A stretch of 63,597 nt of DNA from an uncultured virus (IMG/VR IMGVR_UViG_3300025087_000039) (lineage: Duplodnaviria; Heunggongvirae; Uroviricota; Caudoviricetes): IMG/VR virus record IMGVR_UViG_3300025087_000039, positions 62,001-125,597 of that record; one strand, 5' to 3'. The translations under genes and the position numbers were made by a program. This document shows positions 1 through 9,757 of this stretch, one piece after another. Under the pieces are notes generated by a model that saw only the letters and a program-made list of their open reading frames with translations, did not search any database and had not been told where the DNA came from. How positions within the stretch are numbered: the first letter of the stretch is position 1; the number at the start of each line of letters is the position of its first letter.

Positions 1-879
1 ATATATCAAAAATACGGAAAAGAAATAACTCTAAATACATTTTTAAAGGTTGAAAATATAGGATTTAAATGGGCTACGATTTTTGGAGATAGCCTTCCCC
101 TAGATGAATTAACAATTCCTGATTCTATAATTCAATTAAAGAAAAAAATGAGTGGGGCCACTATAGAAGAGGCTTCAGACCTTTTAGAAAAAATGAAAAA
201 AATATTAATCGAACATTTAAAAGATACTGGATTATATGAAATAATTGAATCTGGTGCTGGAAAAGGATGGGATTCTCCTATGCAAATTTTAGTGGCAAAG
301 GGTATCATCGCTGATCCAAAAGGAAACGTTTTGCCCCCAATTGAAAGTTCTTTTTCTGAAGGGTTAACAAATAAACAATATTTTGAAGCATCCTCTGGAT
401 CAAGACATGGCATCATTTCACGGGTTATATCGACTAGTCAAACTGGCTATTTTGCAAGAAAATTAGTTTATCTTTTAAACTCTGTTGAAGCTGATCCTAT
501 ATTAAAGGATTGCAAAACAAAAAGAACTTTAAATATTAGACTTACCAAAGAAATGGTCTCTAGATTTATGGGCCGTTATATTTTAAAGAATGATAAAATT
601 ATAAAATTTGAAGAATCTGGTTTGAAAGAAGGCGATATAGCAAATATCAGAACACCGATTTTTTGCGAATCTTTAAAAATTTGTCATACATGTTATGGAG
701 ATTTATTGAAGGTTAACAAAACCCCGTACATTGGAATTTTTACTGCTTTAAAATTGGGACAAATGAGTACTCAAAATATTATGAGAGTTTTTCATACTGG
801 AGGCAAAGTAACAATCGCAAAAAGAAATATGCTTAAAGATATTCTTGAAAACAACCCGTCTGACGATTTGGAACTTTAA
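1..879 (+). CDS. RNA polymerase beta'-like subunit, set 1, middle fragment (5'-partial; bridge helix and first trigger helix)
   Basis: Frame is open from base 1 (IYQKYGKE...GFKWATIFG) into ORF 148..879; motifs EGLTNKQYFEASSGSRHGI..TSQTGYFARKL (bridge helix), DCKT, RTPIFC..ICHTCYG (Zn site), TQNIMRVFHTGG (trigger loop). Confidence 0.92.
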   Translation: MYQKYGKEITLNTFLKVENIGFKWATIFGDSLPLDELTIPDSIIQLKKKMSGATIEEASDLLEKMKKILIEHLKDTGLYEIIESGAGKGWDSPMQILVAKGIIADPKGNVLPPIESSFSEGLTNKQYFEASSGSRHGIISRVISTSQTGYFARKLVYLLNSVEADPILKDCKTKRTLNIRLTKEMVSRFMGRYILKNDKIIKFEESGLKEGDIANIRTPIFCESLKICHTCYGDLLKVNKTPYIGIFTALKLGQMSTQNIMRVFHTGGKVTIAKRNMLKDILENNPSDDLEL

Positions 880-1214
880 TGGATAGATTTGAAGTAAAAA
901 AATATTTTTTAGAAAAGAATATTAAAAATCCTGGGTCTTTTAGACAAACTATTAAAAAGTATGATAGAAAAATATATGATTTCATCATTAGTGAAACTAA
1001 GTATCTAAAAAAAGATAATTTTAGTGAAAGAATATATCATATTTTAAATGATTTATATGAAATACCTAAATGTGAATGCGGAAACATATTAAAATATATT
1101 AATTCTTCATTGACATACAGAAAATTTTGTGGAGTTAAATGTTTTTTTAAAAATGAAGAAATGAAAAGAAAATTAAAAATTACACTATTTATATTAAAAA
1201 CGAGGAGATCATAA
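879..1214 (+). CDS. Small Cys-cluster protein between beta' fragments, possibly remnant of a mobile endonuclease-associated domain
   Basis: 111 aa ORF, TAATG-coupled to the upstream gene; RIYHILN..EIPKCECG...YRKFCGVKC pattern; no nuclease motif visible. Confidence 0.45.
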   Translation: MDRFEVKKYFLEKNIKNPGSFRQTIKKYDRKIYDFIISETKYLKKDNFSERIYHILNDLYEIPKCECGNILKYINSSLTYRKFCGVKCFFKNEEMKRKLKITLFILKTRRS

Positions 1215-1877
1215 ATGTATAAAATCTCTGATTATTTAACTCAGGAAAATAATTTTTTAATAGCAAAAAAAGATTGTTCTTTAATATTAAATTTAGATGA
1301 CTACGAAATTGACAATAATATACAATTTTTAGAAAATCAAATTTGGCTAGGATCTTTAATCAGTCGTATTCAATTTAGTGACAAAAATAAATTTGATTTA
1401 ATTCTCGACTACTCAGTTGAAATAAATGGTTCCAATATGGAAAAAACTGAGAATTTAATTATATTGACATTTTCTGAGGGTGAAATTATTTTATCAACTA
1501 GTTATGGGACTGATAACATAAAAGAACAGGTCCAATATGTAGAGAGACTTTTAGGCGGAAAAGAGATTTATAAAGACGTGTCTCATCTTTATAATAAACT
1601 TTTTAAAATATTTGAATCTTCTGGCTCGGATTCAGTTCATATTGAAACTTTAATTTCTCAAGTTTTACGTGATCAAGCAAATACAGCTTTTCCCGCTAGA
1701 ATGGGAAAAACTTGGAATCCAATTATGATGAATATAAAAGAATTAGTTTTTCAAACAGGATTCTTACAGTCCTTAGCTTTTGAAAATGTGAATAAAGCTA
1801 TTGTCACCGGGTTAATAACTGAGGAACAATTAGAAGCGTCTCCTCTTGAAAAAATTCTGACTGGAGAATTGAAATAA
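1215..1877 (+). CDS. RNA polymerase beta'-like subunit, set 1, C-terminal fragment
   Basis: SDSVHIETLISQVLR (cf. bacterial DKHIEVIVRQM), GFLQSLAFENVNKAI..LEKILTG (cf. SFISAASFQET..ENVIVG); own GAGGAG RBS. Confidence 0.88.
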   Translation: MYKISDYLTQENNFLIAKKDCSLILNLDDYEIDNNIQFLENQIWLGSLISRIQFSDKNKFDLILDYSVEINGSNMEKTENLIILTFSEGEIILSTSYGTDNIKEQVQYVERLLGGKEIYKDVSHLYNKLFKIFESSGSDSVHIETLISQVLRDQANTAFPARMGKTWNPIMMNIKELVFQTGFLQSLAFENVNKAIVTGLITEEQLEASPLEKILTGELK

Positions 1878-4800
1878 TGCTTTGGATAGATAAGTTTAGA
1901 CAATATACACAAACTACCGATGTGGTTCGTTATAAAAGGAGCAAAATTAAACCTTATCTTATTGTGTATTTTCCTGAAAACTCCATGTTAATAGATGATT
2001 ATAAAAGTTTAAATATTTCTTTTACCGATATGAAAAATGTGGTAATTCCAAATACAAATTTTCCAAGATCGAGATTATATCCAGAAATTCAAAAAGCCTT
2101 TCGAAAATATAGTTTAAAGTCATTTCAATCTGTAAATTATCCTCCCAATGAACCTTTGATTTTTGATTTAAGTTATTATTTAAAGGCAATTGATAATTCT
2201 TTAAAACCAGGAAATTATCGTCAGAGGGGTGGGTTATTTATTAAAAATATTTTATTAAAAACTTTTTCAATGTTTCCATCAAATTATACAAAAGTTTTTC
2301 TATATTCAATAAATGTAAATAATGAATTTCCAGAATATATTAACAGGAAGTTTTATCCTATTCTTGAGATGTTAAAAAATGAAGAGGTATTTTTTGATGA
2401 TTTACTTTTTTGTATATTAAAAGATAAACCTAATTATAGACTATTAGTTAAAGAAAGAGAATATAATCTACAAAGAATTATTCCCTATTTAAGATCTTTA
2501 AAATATGAAGAAACAGATTTAGAGGAAGAAAAAGACGAAGAAATAAAAGACGCCTCTGAAAAAGTTTTGAATACAGTGAGAAAAGATGAGATTCCAATTC
2601 AAAATACTGACAAGTTAAAAAACATTGTAAAAGATTATTTAAAGTCAAATAAGAAAGAAGTTGAAAAAATCTTTAATAAACCAGATGATAAAAATATACA
2701 AAAAAAGATTGCGGTATCATCGATATTACAAAAGATTAATAACAATCCCTTAGAAACAAAAAAGATTGTAAAAAATATTCCAATAAAAAGATTAAATAAA
2801 GCTGTTCATGTTATAGATAAAACATATACAGATAAAATTTTAATGAGAGAAAAAACTGTATCAAACTCTAAAGATTTAGTTACCAAAGAAACAAATATAC
2901 CCATGTTAGTTGATAATAAATCTCCAAAACATATTTTTGAAAAAAGAAAAATTGACTTTGAAAAGAATTTAAAAACTGATATGATAAATTCTTTTAAAGT
3001 TCTCGAAAGAAAAGAAATACCTTTAAAGATTGAACATTTAGAAATACAAGATAAACCGCAAAGACCTGGAGAAGTCGAAAAATCTGATATATCTATTATA
3101 AAAACTATTTTAAGAGATCAATTAAATAATGAGCATTTAATCGAAATGGAAATTCCTAGAATTGACCCAAATACTGGGGCTTTTAGAATTAATGGAAGAA
3201 AGAAATGTTTGATAAATCAAATAGTACAAGATCCAATTACATTTCCAAAACCATACGATTCTAAATTTGAAAGCTCATATTCTTCTTTTCATATTTCGAG
3301 TCGTAGATTAAAAGCTGGAAATTATCTTGAAATTTATATGGCATCATATAAATTACCTTTATTAGTTTTATTATCATTTAGCTTTGGGTTTGAAAATACT
3401 TTGAAGAGGTATGGAATAGAATATGAATTTGTTAACGCTAAAACAAAAAAGGATTTATTTATTACGAAGATTTCTGAAGATAAATTTATTTTATTTAAAA
3501 ATGTAGATAATGAATTGAAGAAAGAATTGGTGAGTTCATTGATACGGGCCGATCTTTCTTCTTTAAAAATCAATAAACCATTTCCATCAAAAGAATTTTT
3601 TAATTTAGTAATAATTAAATTATCTGGACGAATCAATTCTACATTTTTAATTCAGTCAAACCTTGAAAATATAGTTGACCCAATTGTCAAAGAAGTTTTA
3701 ATTGATAAACAACAACCATTTATTTTAGAAGATATCATTCAATATATGACAGAGAATGTCATTAAAGGAACTGTAATCGATAGAAATGATATTTCAAACC
3801 AGAGAATTAGAAATTCAGAAATTATTGTGCATTTAGCACAAAAACAAATTTTAATGACATATACACAATATAAAGAACAGGTTTTGTCGGGAAATAAAAA
3901 CGCGAAATTTTTACTTTCTCCAACAAAGGTTTTGAGCGAGTTCTTAAATTCTGAAATTGTTACAGATATGGAATATGCAAACCCAATAGAAGAAATGTCA
4001 ACTATGACAAGGGTTTCCCCTGTTGGAAAAAAGGTAGGTGGCATTCCAGATAAAATGGTTGTTCAAGTTGAAGCTAGAAATATTCATCCTTCATATTTTG
4101 GAAATATTGATCCGTTGGACACTCCGGAAGGTTCTAATATTGGAGTCGTTCAACATTTAACAATTGACTCACAGTTAACTACAACCCGAGGACTTTTTGC
4201 ATTAAAGGAAATAAATAATGAAGAGAGAAGTGGAATTTTATCGACAACTGCCGTGATGATTCCATTCGTGGAAAATAATGAAGGCGCTCGTATTATCATG
4301 TCAGTTAACCAAGCGAGACAAGCCTTGCCTTTAAAAAATCCAGAGCCGCCAATTATACAAACAGGCTATGAGTCTATTTTAAGCGGAGTGCTTTCAGATA
4401 ATTTTGTAAAAAAATCTCCATGCAATGGAAAAGTTGAAAAAGTGAATAAAGATGAAATTCATTTAAGATGTGAAAAAGGCGAAAGAAAAATTATTAGTAC
4501 AATTCCTGTTCATTTAAGATCAGGCTCTGGAAAAAATACATTAAGCGTTTTTAATCATACTGTGAAGAGTGGAGATAATGTAAAAAAAGATGAAATTATA
4601 TCTGAAGGAAGTTGCATTTCAAAAGGGTCCATTGCGTTAGGCAGAACATTGGCAACTTGCTATATGTCATATAAGGGATATAATTTTGAAGATGGTCTTG
4701 TGATAAGTGAAGATTTAGTTGAAAGTCAAAAAATGGTTTCACTCCATGGAATCATTGAAGATATATTTATGTCTGAAAATGATAGATTATTATATTTAGC

Positions 4801-5977
4801 AGAAATTGGATCTTATATTAAAAAAGGTGATCCAATAATAAGAAAAACTGTTGGAGAGATAGAACAATTGATTGGGTTTGATAATATTGATGACGACGAT
4901 TCAAGTTTAATTTCTTCAGGACAATATATTAAAAAGAGTCCGGGTGGAAGAATAGTTGATATTGAGGTTTTGTCAAATCTTCCAAGTTCAAAGTTTCAAA
5001 AATTGAATGAATTAATTCAAAGAACTAATCAGAGATATGGAAAACCTGATAAACAAAATTTCACAATAAAAGGAAATCCTTTTAAAGGATTAATTATAAG
5101 ATTTAAAATTGAACAAGAATTGAATATAAATATCGGAGATAAATTATGTGGAAGATTTGGTAATAAAGGAATAGTTTCGTTAGTTGAAAAAAGAGAAAAT
5201 ATGCCAAGGACACCTTGGGGAGAAAGAGTTGAAATTATTATGAATCCTATTGGTGTCATTTCTCGAATGAATATTGGTCAAATGTACGAAATGTATTGTG
5301 GATTAATTTCTAAAAAACTATCTCAGGTGATTATCGAAAATCCCAAAAGAATAAATGTTTTAAATATTTTTGATAAGACATTGAGTTTATTAGATAATAC
5401 AAAAAATAAAAAATATACTGTTGATTTTATAAATAGAATAAAAAATCTTTCAGATCAAAATTATAATTTATTAATTGAGCAAATTAAAAAAGAGTCATTT
5501 GTTCCAATCATAGTTCCACCATTTAAATCACCAAATAAAGAACAGATAACAAAAGCCTTGAAATCTCTTGGCTTACAAGATTCTTATTATTTAACATTAC
5601 CTGAATATGGGACAAAAACAATTAAGCCAGTTCCCTTTGGATATAGTTATATTTATAAGTTAGAACATATTGGAGAAATGAAAGTTCACGTAAGAAGTAC
5701 AGGCCCCGTCGCTGGAAAAACATTACAACCTTTAGCTGGAAAGAAAAAGGAAGGTGGACAACGAGTTGGAGAGGGTGATACGTGGGCTTTACTGAGCTAC
5801 AATTGCCCCACTATTCTTTCAGAATTATTTGGGCCTCTTTCTGATGATCACGCTATGAAAAATGAAATGGTTTCAGATATAATTCAAACCGGTCAAACAA
5901 AATGGAAAGAATCAAAAACGAGTCCAACAAAAGATATTTTGAATAGTTATTTTATTTCTTTAATGCTCTCAAAGTGA
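1877..5977 (+). CDS. RNA polymerase beta-like subunit, set 1, with long N-terminal extension
   Basis: GAFRINGRKKCLINQ, RNIHPSYFGNIDPLDTPEGSNIG, GYNFEDG, GDKLCGRFGNKG, NPIGVISRMNIGQ, KLEH, QPLAGKKKEGGQRVGE. Confidence 0.95.
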   Translation: MLWIDKFRQYTQTTDVVRYKRSKIKPYLIVYFPENSMLIDDYKSLNISFTDMKNVVIPNTNFPRSRLYPEIQKAFRKYSLKSFQSVNYPPNEPLIFDLSYYLKAIDNSLKPGNYRQRGGLFIKNILLKTFSMFPSNYTKVFLYSINVNNEFPEYINRKFYPILEMLKNEEVFFDDLLFCILKDKPNYRLLVKEREYNLQRIIPYLRSLKYEETDLEEEKDEEIKDASEKVLNTVRKDEIPIQNTDKLKNIVKDYLKSNKKEVEKIFNKPDDKNIQKKIAVSSILQKINNNPLETKKIVKNIPIKRLNKAVHVIDKTYTDKILMREKTVSNSKDLVTKETNIPMLVDNKSPKHIFEKRKIDFEKNLKTDMINSFKVLERKEIPLKIEHLEIQDKPQRPGEVEKSDISIIKTILRDQLNNEHLIEMEIPRIDPNTGAFRINGRKKCLINQIVQDPITFPKPYDSKFESSYSSFHISSRRLKAGNYLEIYMASYKLPLLVLLSFSFGFENTLKRYGIEYEFVNAKTKKDLFITKISEDKFILFKNVDNELKKELVSSLIRADLSSLKINKPFPSKEFFNLVIIKLSGRINSTFLIQSNLENIVDPIVKEVLIDKQQPFILEDIIQYMTENVIKGTVIDRNDISNQRIRNSEIIVHLAQKQILMTYTQYKEQVLSGNKNAKFLLSPTKVLSEFLNSEIVTDMEYANPIEEMSTMTRVSPVGKKVGGIPDKMVVQVEARNIHPSYFGNIDPLDTPEGSNIGVVQHLTIDSQLTTTRGLFALKEINNEERSGILSTTAVMIPFVENNEGARIIMSVNQARQALPLKNPEPPIIQTGYESILSGVLSDNFVKKSPCNGKVEKVNKDEIHLRCEKGERKIISTIPVHLRSGSGKNTLSVFNHTVKSGDNVKKDEIISEGSCISKGSIALGRTLATCYMSYKGYNFEDGLVISEDLVESQKMVSLHGIIEDIFMSENDRLLYLAEIGSYIKKGDPIIRKTVGEIEQLIGFDNIDDDDSSLISSGQYIKKSPGGRIVDIEVLSNLPSSKFQKLNELIQRTNQRYGKPDKQNFTIKGNPFKGLIIRFKIEQELNINIGDKLCGRFGNKGIVSLVEKRENMPRTPWGERVEIIMNPIGVISRMNIGQMYEMYCGLISKKLSQVIIENPKRINVLNIFDKTLSLLDNTKNKKYTVDFINRIKNLSDQNYNLLIEQIKKESFVPIIVPPFKSPNKEQITKALKSLGLQDSYYLTLPEYGTKTIKPVPFGYSYIYKLEHIGEMKVHVRSTGPVAGKTLQPLAGKKKEGGQRVGEGDTWALLSYNCPTILSELFGPLSDDHAMKNEMVSDIIQTGQTKWKESKTSPTKDILNSYFISLMLSK

Positions 5978-6030
5978 TAGTACATTTAGATTAAATTAAA
6001 ATAATTTTTTTGTAACTTTTTGGAGAAAAG

Positions 6031-6624
6031 ATGAATAATGAAAATTCTCAAATTTTAATTGGAGACACGACTCCAATTCCATCGGTAGATCAAGATCAAA
6101 AAGAAATAGATCAAAGAATTGATAGTGGTCTTTTAAATTATCAAGAAATAGAAATAATTGATAATATTGGGAAAGACACTTTTGAAAATATTTATCGAAT
6201 TGAGATTAAAGATATATTAAAACTACCAGATGAATATTTACAAATTTTTTGTGAAAAGATTTTAGATAAAATAGAGAATGTTTATAATTTTAGTTTTCCA
6301 TCTAAGAAGGAATTTTATACCAAAGAAGATATTAAATTATTTATGGAATTTTTAGAATTTTTACATTTTAAAAATCTTGATTTTTTAATAGAATTATGGG
6401 AGGGCGTTGTTCCTACAATTTTCATTGATATTAAAAAATTTTCTATCGAGAATAGAAATAAAATAATTAATAGAGTTTCTTTATTATCTAATAAATATTT
6501 AAACAATATGTTCATTTTTCTTTTTTTAAGAACATATTTTAAAGATGGAATATTATCTTGGATAGTATATATTTCAGATAAACAAAAACCACAAATTGAA
6601 CTTGGGATTCGAGAAAGGAAATGA
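6031..6624 (+). CDS. hypothetical protein
   Basis: 197 aa ORF with GGAG RBS. Confidence 0.7.
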   Translation: MNNENSQILIGDTTPIPSVDQDQKEIDQRIDSGLLNYQEIEIIDNIGKDTFENIYRIEIKDILKLPDEYLQIFCEKILDKIENVYNFSFPSKKEFYTKEDIKLFMEFLEFLHFKNLDFLIELWEGVVPTIFIDIKKFSIENRNKIINRVSLLSNKYLNNMFIFLFLRTYFKDGILSWIVYISDKQKPQIELGIRERK

Positions 6625-6878
6625 CGATGGAAGAATTTATGGTTACAATTAAGAAAGGAAACGTTATTTTAACGTGCCCCAGAAAAACATTAACTGGAGT
6701 TCAAGAAACACATGATGGTGTTGTTTTTAATTTTTCAAATGGGAGTTTTCTTTATTTTGTGGATACCCAGATGCCCATTGATACAAAACATCTTATTTCT
6801 AATTCAAGTAAAATTCCTAAGGGAAATTTGTTTTTTGATTTATTAAATTATAGGCAACCTGCACGAATCGAAACCTAA
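6621..6878 (+). CDS. hypothetical protein
   Basis: 85 aa ORF, ATGA-coupled to upstream gene. Confidence 0.65.
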   Translation: MTMEEFMVTIKKGNVILTCPRKTLTGVQETHDGVVFNFSNGSFLYFVDTQMPIDTKHLISNSSKIPKGNLFFDLLNYRQPARIET

Positions 6879-6896
6879 TATGTATTAACCTTTTAT

Positions 6897-6910
6897 CTAT
6901 ATATATTAAT
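6897..6910 (+). promoter_or_regulatory. candidate phage promoter element (CTATATATATTAAT) in an intergenic gap
   Basis: AT-alternating motif in a ~150 bp gap before a new gene block; only one clear copy seen. Confidence 0.25.
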
Positions 6911-7032
6911 AAATGAAGAGAAGGTTTATTAATTTTTTTAATTGAATTGATGAACTAATTTTTAAAAATTGTAAACCTATTTTTTGAACTTTTTATTTTC
7001 TCTTTAAACTTTTTTTGAAAGGTTCGAGAACG

Positions 7033-7593
7033 ATGTTAGATGCTTTTAGCCTTGAAAAAATGGTTGAGAATGAAGAAGTTTACCCTATCACTTTAATGAA
7101 ATTTATCTTGTCGAAGCAGAGAATTATGAGCTTTTTTCAAAAGGCATCAGATCCAAATTTTGAAATCTTTACTGAAATTAAAATTGATAATTCAGATTGT
7201 GAAGCTTGTAAAGATACTAAGAAAAAGAACCTTTTGTGCCGCAGACATACCTCAATCACTCGAATTATAGGATCGGGGTCTGGTCGAATTATGAGAGATT
7301 TGGATACTAATTTATTTTTTTACAAGAACGAAATTTATCGAATGGTTGGGGATAAATTGGTAATTGTGTATTGCCCCCATACAAAATTAATTCCCTCAAT
7401 AACCGTAGATAATGTAAAGAAGGTATCTCCCATTACAATTCAAATGGCCCCAGATTTTAAACTTCCTGAGCCAAAAGAAATTAGGGATTTTATTTCAACA
7501 GAACTTTCTGGAAAAAGATTGAAGTGCTGGTTTAATGATGTATTTACAATTTATTCAGAAGGAGAAAACTTTTTCCTAACCCCAAATAAATAG
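7033..7593 (+). CDS. hypothetical protein with CxxC..CxxH putative Zn site
   Basis: ORF track 7015; ATG at 7033 more likely; CEAC...CRRH. Confidence 0.65.
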   Translation: MLDAFSLEKMVENEEVYPITLMKFILSKQRIMSFFQKASDPNFEIFTEIKIDNSDCEACKDTKKKNLLCRRHTSITRIIGSGSGRIMRDLDTNLFFYKNEIYRMVGDKLVIVYCPHTKLIPSITVDNVKKVSPITIQMAPDFKLPEPKEIRDFISTELSGKRLKCWFNDVFTIYSEGENFFLTPNK

Positions 7594-7605
7594 AGGTGAT
7601 AAAAC

Positions 7606-8484
7606 ATGAAGGATGAATTTGAAGGACTGTATGGGGAATCTTCCAGTAAGAAAAAAATGGTGGCGCCTGAGGATGAAATTTTTCATTCAATTTATATTAG
7701 TGGAATCTCAAGATTTAATGAAAGTTCTGGGGTAAAAGAAGAACCAGGCAAATTACAAATACGTGGGGTTTCTTCAAATCACAATGATGTAAATATGATA
7801 ATTTTACATGTTAAAAAAGTTTTTGTAAATGAAATTAGTATGGGAACTCAGAGAAAATTAAAATGTTTTTCTTATAAAAATAGTTCTCCATTTAAAGGAT
7901 CATCAGAAAAAGTTTGTCCAGAAAATAGCTCGGAACGAAGAAATGATAGTTTTTGTTCAACATGTAGAGAACATATTATTTTGTCAGGTATTTATACTGA
8001 CCAAACAGGAAAGCCGATTATAGATAAAGATAATAAACCGATTTTAGTTTTTATCCGAGCGAATGGAATGAAATATAAAAATGTTGGAGATTATCTTGAT
8101 AAACTTTCTGAAGAAAACTTTGATTTAGTTTTATTTCCTGGTGAAGAAGAATTTGAAAAAAGGGTCGTGAATAATAAGAAGGTTGTAACAAAGATCACAG
8201 TCGGTAAAGAAGATTCAAATTACGGGCCTAAAAGTGTATTCTTACTTGAGGCCATCAATGAAGTTTCAAAAGAAAATGTACTCACCGTATTAAAAATTGC
8301 TAAAAAGTTTTTACCTGACTTCGATGAAAAATTTGATTGGTCAAAAAATAATAAGCAAGTATCTAAGGATCAAATGTTTTCTGAATCGGCAAAGACGCAA
8401 GAAAAGTCAAAAGAAGAAAATACCTCAACCAATTCTCAAAAAGAAAAAATCGCTAACATGTTTGATTTTAATTTAGATATTTAA
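7606..8484 (+). CDS. hypothetical protein, possible single-stranded DNA-binding protein
   Basis: GAGGTG RBS; Cys cluster (KC..VCP..FCSTC), polar linker and acidic-hydrophobic tail MFDFNLDI; followed by a terminator. Confidence 0.4.
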   Translation: MKDEFEGLYGESSSKKKMVAPEDEIFHSIYISGISRFNESSGVKEEPGKLQIRGVSSNHNDVNMIILHVKKVFVNEISMGTQRKLKCFSYKNSSPFKGSSEKVCPENSSERRNDSFCSTCREHIILSGIYTDQTGKPIIDKDNKPILVFIRANGMKYKNVGDYLDKLSEENFDLVLFPGEEEFEKRVVNNKKVVTKITVGKEDSNYGPKSVFLLEAINEVSKENVLTVLKIAKKFLPDFDEKFDWSKNNKQVSKDQMFSESAKTQEKSKEENTSTNSQKEKIANMFDFNLDI

Positions 8485-8503
8485 TAATACGAAACCAAAT
8501 AAA

Positions 8504-8541
8504 AAAATAAGGCGAGGGGATGAAACCTCTCGCCTTATTTT
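8504..8541 (+). terminator. intrinsic (probably bidirectional) terminator
   Basis: AAAATAAGGCGAGGGG-ATGAAA-CCTCTCGCCTTATTTT inverted repeat with A/T tails. Confidence 0.8.
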
Positions 8542-8560
8542 CCACAGAAGGGAATAGGTT

Positions 8561-9757
8561 ATGGACTATATCAAGAAGCTGAATATACAAAAAACAAGTA
8601 TAGGTAAAGCTAAAATAATTTTGAAAAAATATTTTACCCAAATGACTAAAAAAATACTTAATGGAGAATCACCAATTAAAATTTCTATTCGTTTGATTGG
8701 AAATGCGGGAATTGGAAAAACTGATATTTTAAGGCAAATTGCATTGGAACTTCAAGAAGAATTGAAAGTTGAGTTTGGATTTATTGAATTAAAGTGCCCG
8801 GTTATTACAAGAGATGATTTTTTGATTCCTTATCCGATTGGGGAATCCGATCAATTTAAGATGCTTTATTCAGATTTTGTTCCTTCAAAGGAAGAATTTG
8901 GAATTTTGGTTTTAGACGAATTTTCAAGGGGCGACACGAATCTTCAAATGCTTCTTTGGCAAGCTCAGAATGAATGCCGAATTCATACAAAATCTTTTCC
9001 AAGAGGATGGTTTGTGGTCTCTATTGATAACCCAGATGACGATAATTATTCAATGAATACGATTGACGACTCCGCTGGAATGAGACGGTCGTTGCATATT
9101 GGATGTGAATGCAGTACTTCAGAATGGATCAATTATGCAATAAATTCTAAATTTCATCCATTTGTTACAAACTTTATTATGAATTTTACAGACAGACTTT
9201 ATGATAATCAATCTCATCATAATGGGCAGGCATTTGCAAATCCATCATCTTGGGAAAAGGTATCAGAAATTTTAAAATTGATGGAAATTAGAAGCACGAA
9301 TGCTTCGGAGATAGAAAGCATTGATTTACTTATTTCTGGATTGATAAATACTGGGATGTCATCACAATTCATTGAATATGTACAGAAAAATGAAACCATT
9401 AGCCCTGATAAAATTATTTTTAATTTTGAAACAATAAAGGACGCGGTGAAGGTAATTTGTGAAACTGATAATTTTAGTGCCTCAGAATTGACAGTTGGAT
9501 TATTTTTGACTTTGAAAAATAATACCCCTGGGTTAACTGATGCTCAAAAGGAAGGCATCTCTGAATTCTTTTGTATGATTCCAAGGGATATTTTTCAAAT
9601 ATTTTTGTCTGAATTTAATAAAATAAAGGCTGAAGAGTCTTTTAAATATATAGCTTTATTGATGAGAGATCTAACGAGGTTTGAAAAATTCAGAGTCGAA
9701 GTTCATGAAAGGACCCTTAATGGATCAGATTCAGAAACAGATAAAGGAAAAAGTTGA
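8561..9757 (+). CDS. MoxR-like AAA+ ATPase
   Basis: Walker A GNAGIGKT, Walker B ILVLDEFSR, NP sensor, D.AGMRR, NPSSWE; adjacent vWA partner. Confidence 0.85.
   Translation: MDYIKKLNIQKTSIGKAKIILKKYFTQMTKKILNGESPIKISIRLIGNAGIGKTDILRQIALELQEELKVEFGFIELKCPVITRDDFLIPYPIGESDQFKMLYSDFVPSKEEFGILVLDEFSRGDTNLQMLLWQAQNECRIHTKSFPRGWFVVSIDNPDDDNYSMNTIDDSAGMRRSLHIGCECSTSEWINYAINSKFHPFVTNFIMNFTDRLYDNQSHHNGQAFANPSSWEKVSEILKLMEIRSTNASEIESIDLLISGLINTGMSSQFIEYVQKNETISPDKIIFNFETIKDAVKVICETDNFSASELTVGLFLTLKNNTPGLTDAQKEGISEFFCMIPRDIFQIFLSEFNKIKAEESFKYIALLMRDLTRFEKFRVEVHERTLNGSDSETDKGKS

Noticed and set aside
879..1214. Group I intron or intein interrupting beta'
   Set aside because: No non-coding space for a ribozyme core, no intein terminal motifs, and the downstream fragment has its own GAGGAG RBS; splicing is not formally excluded
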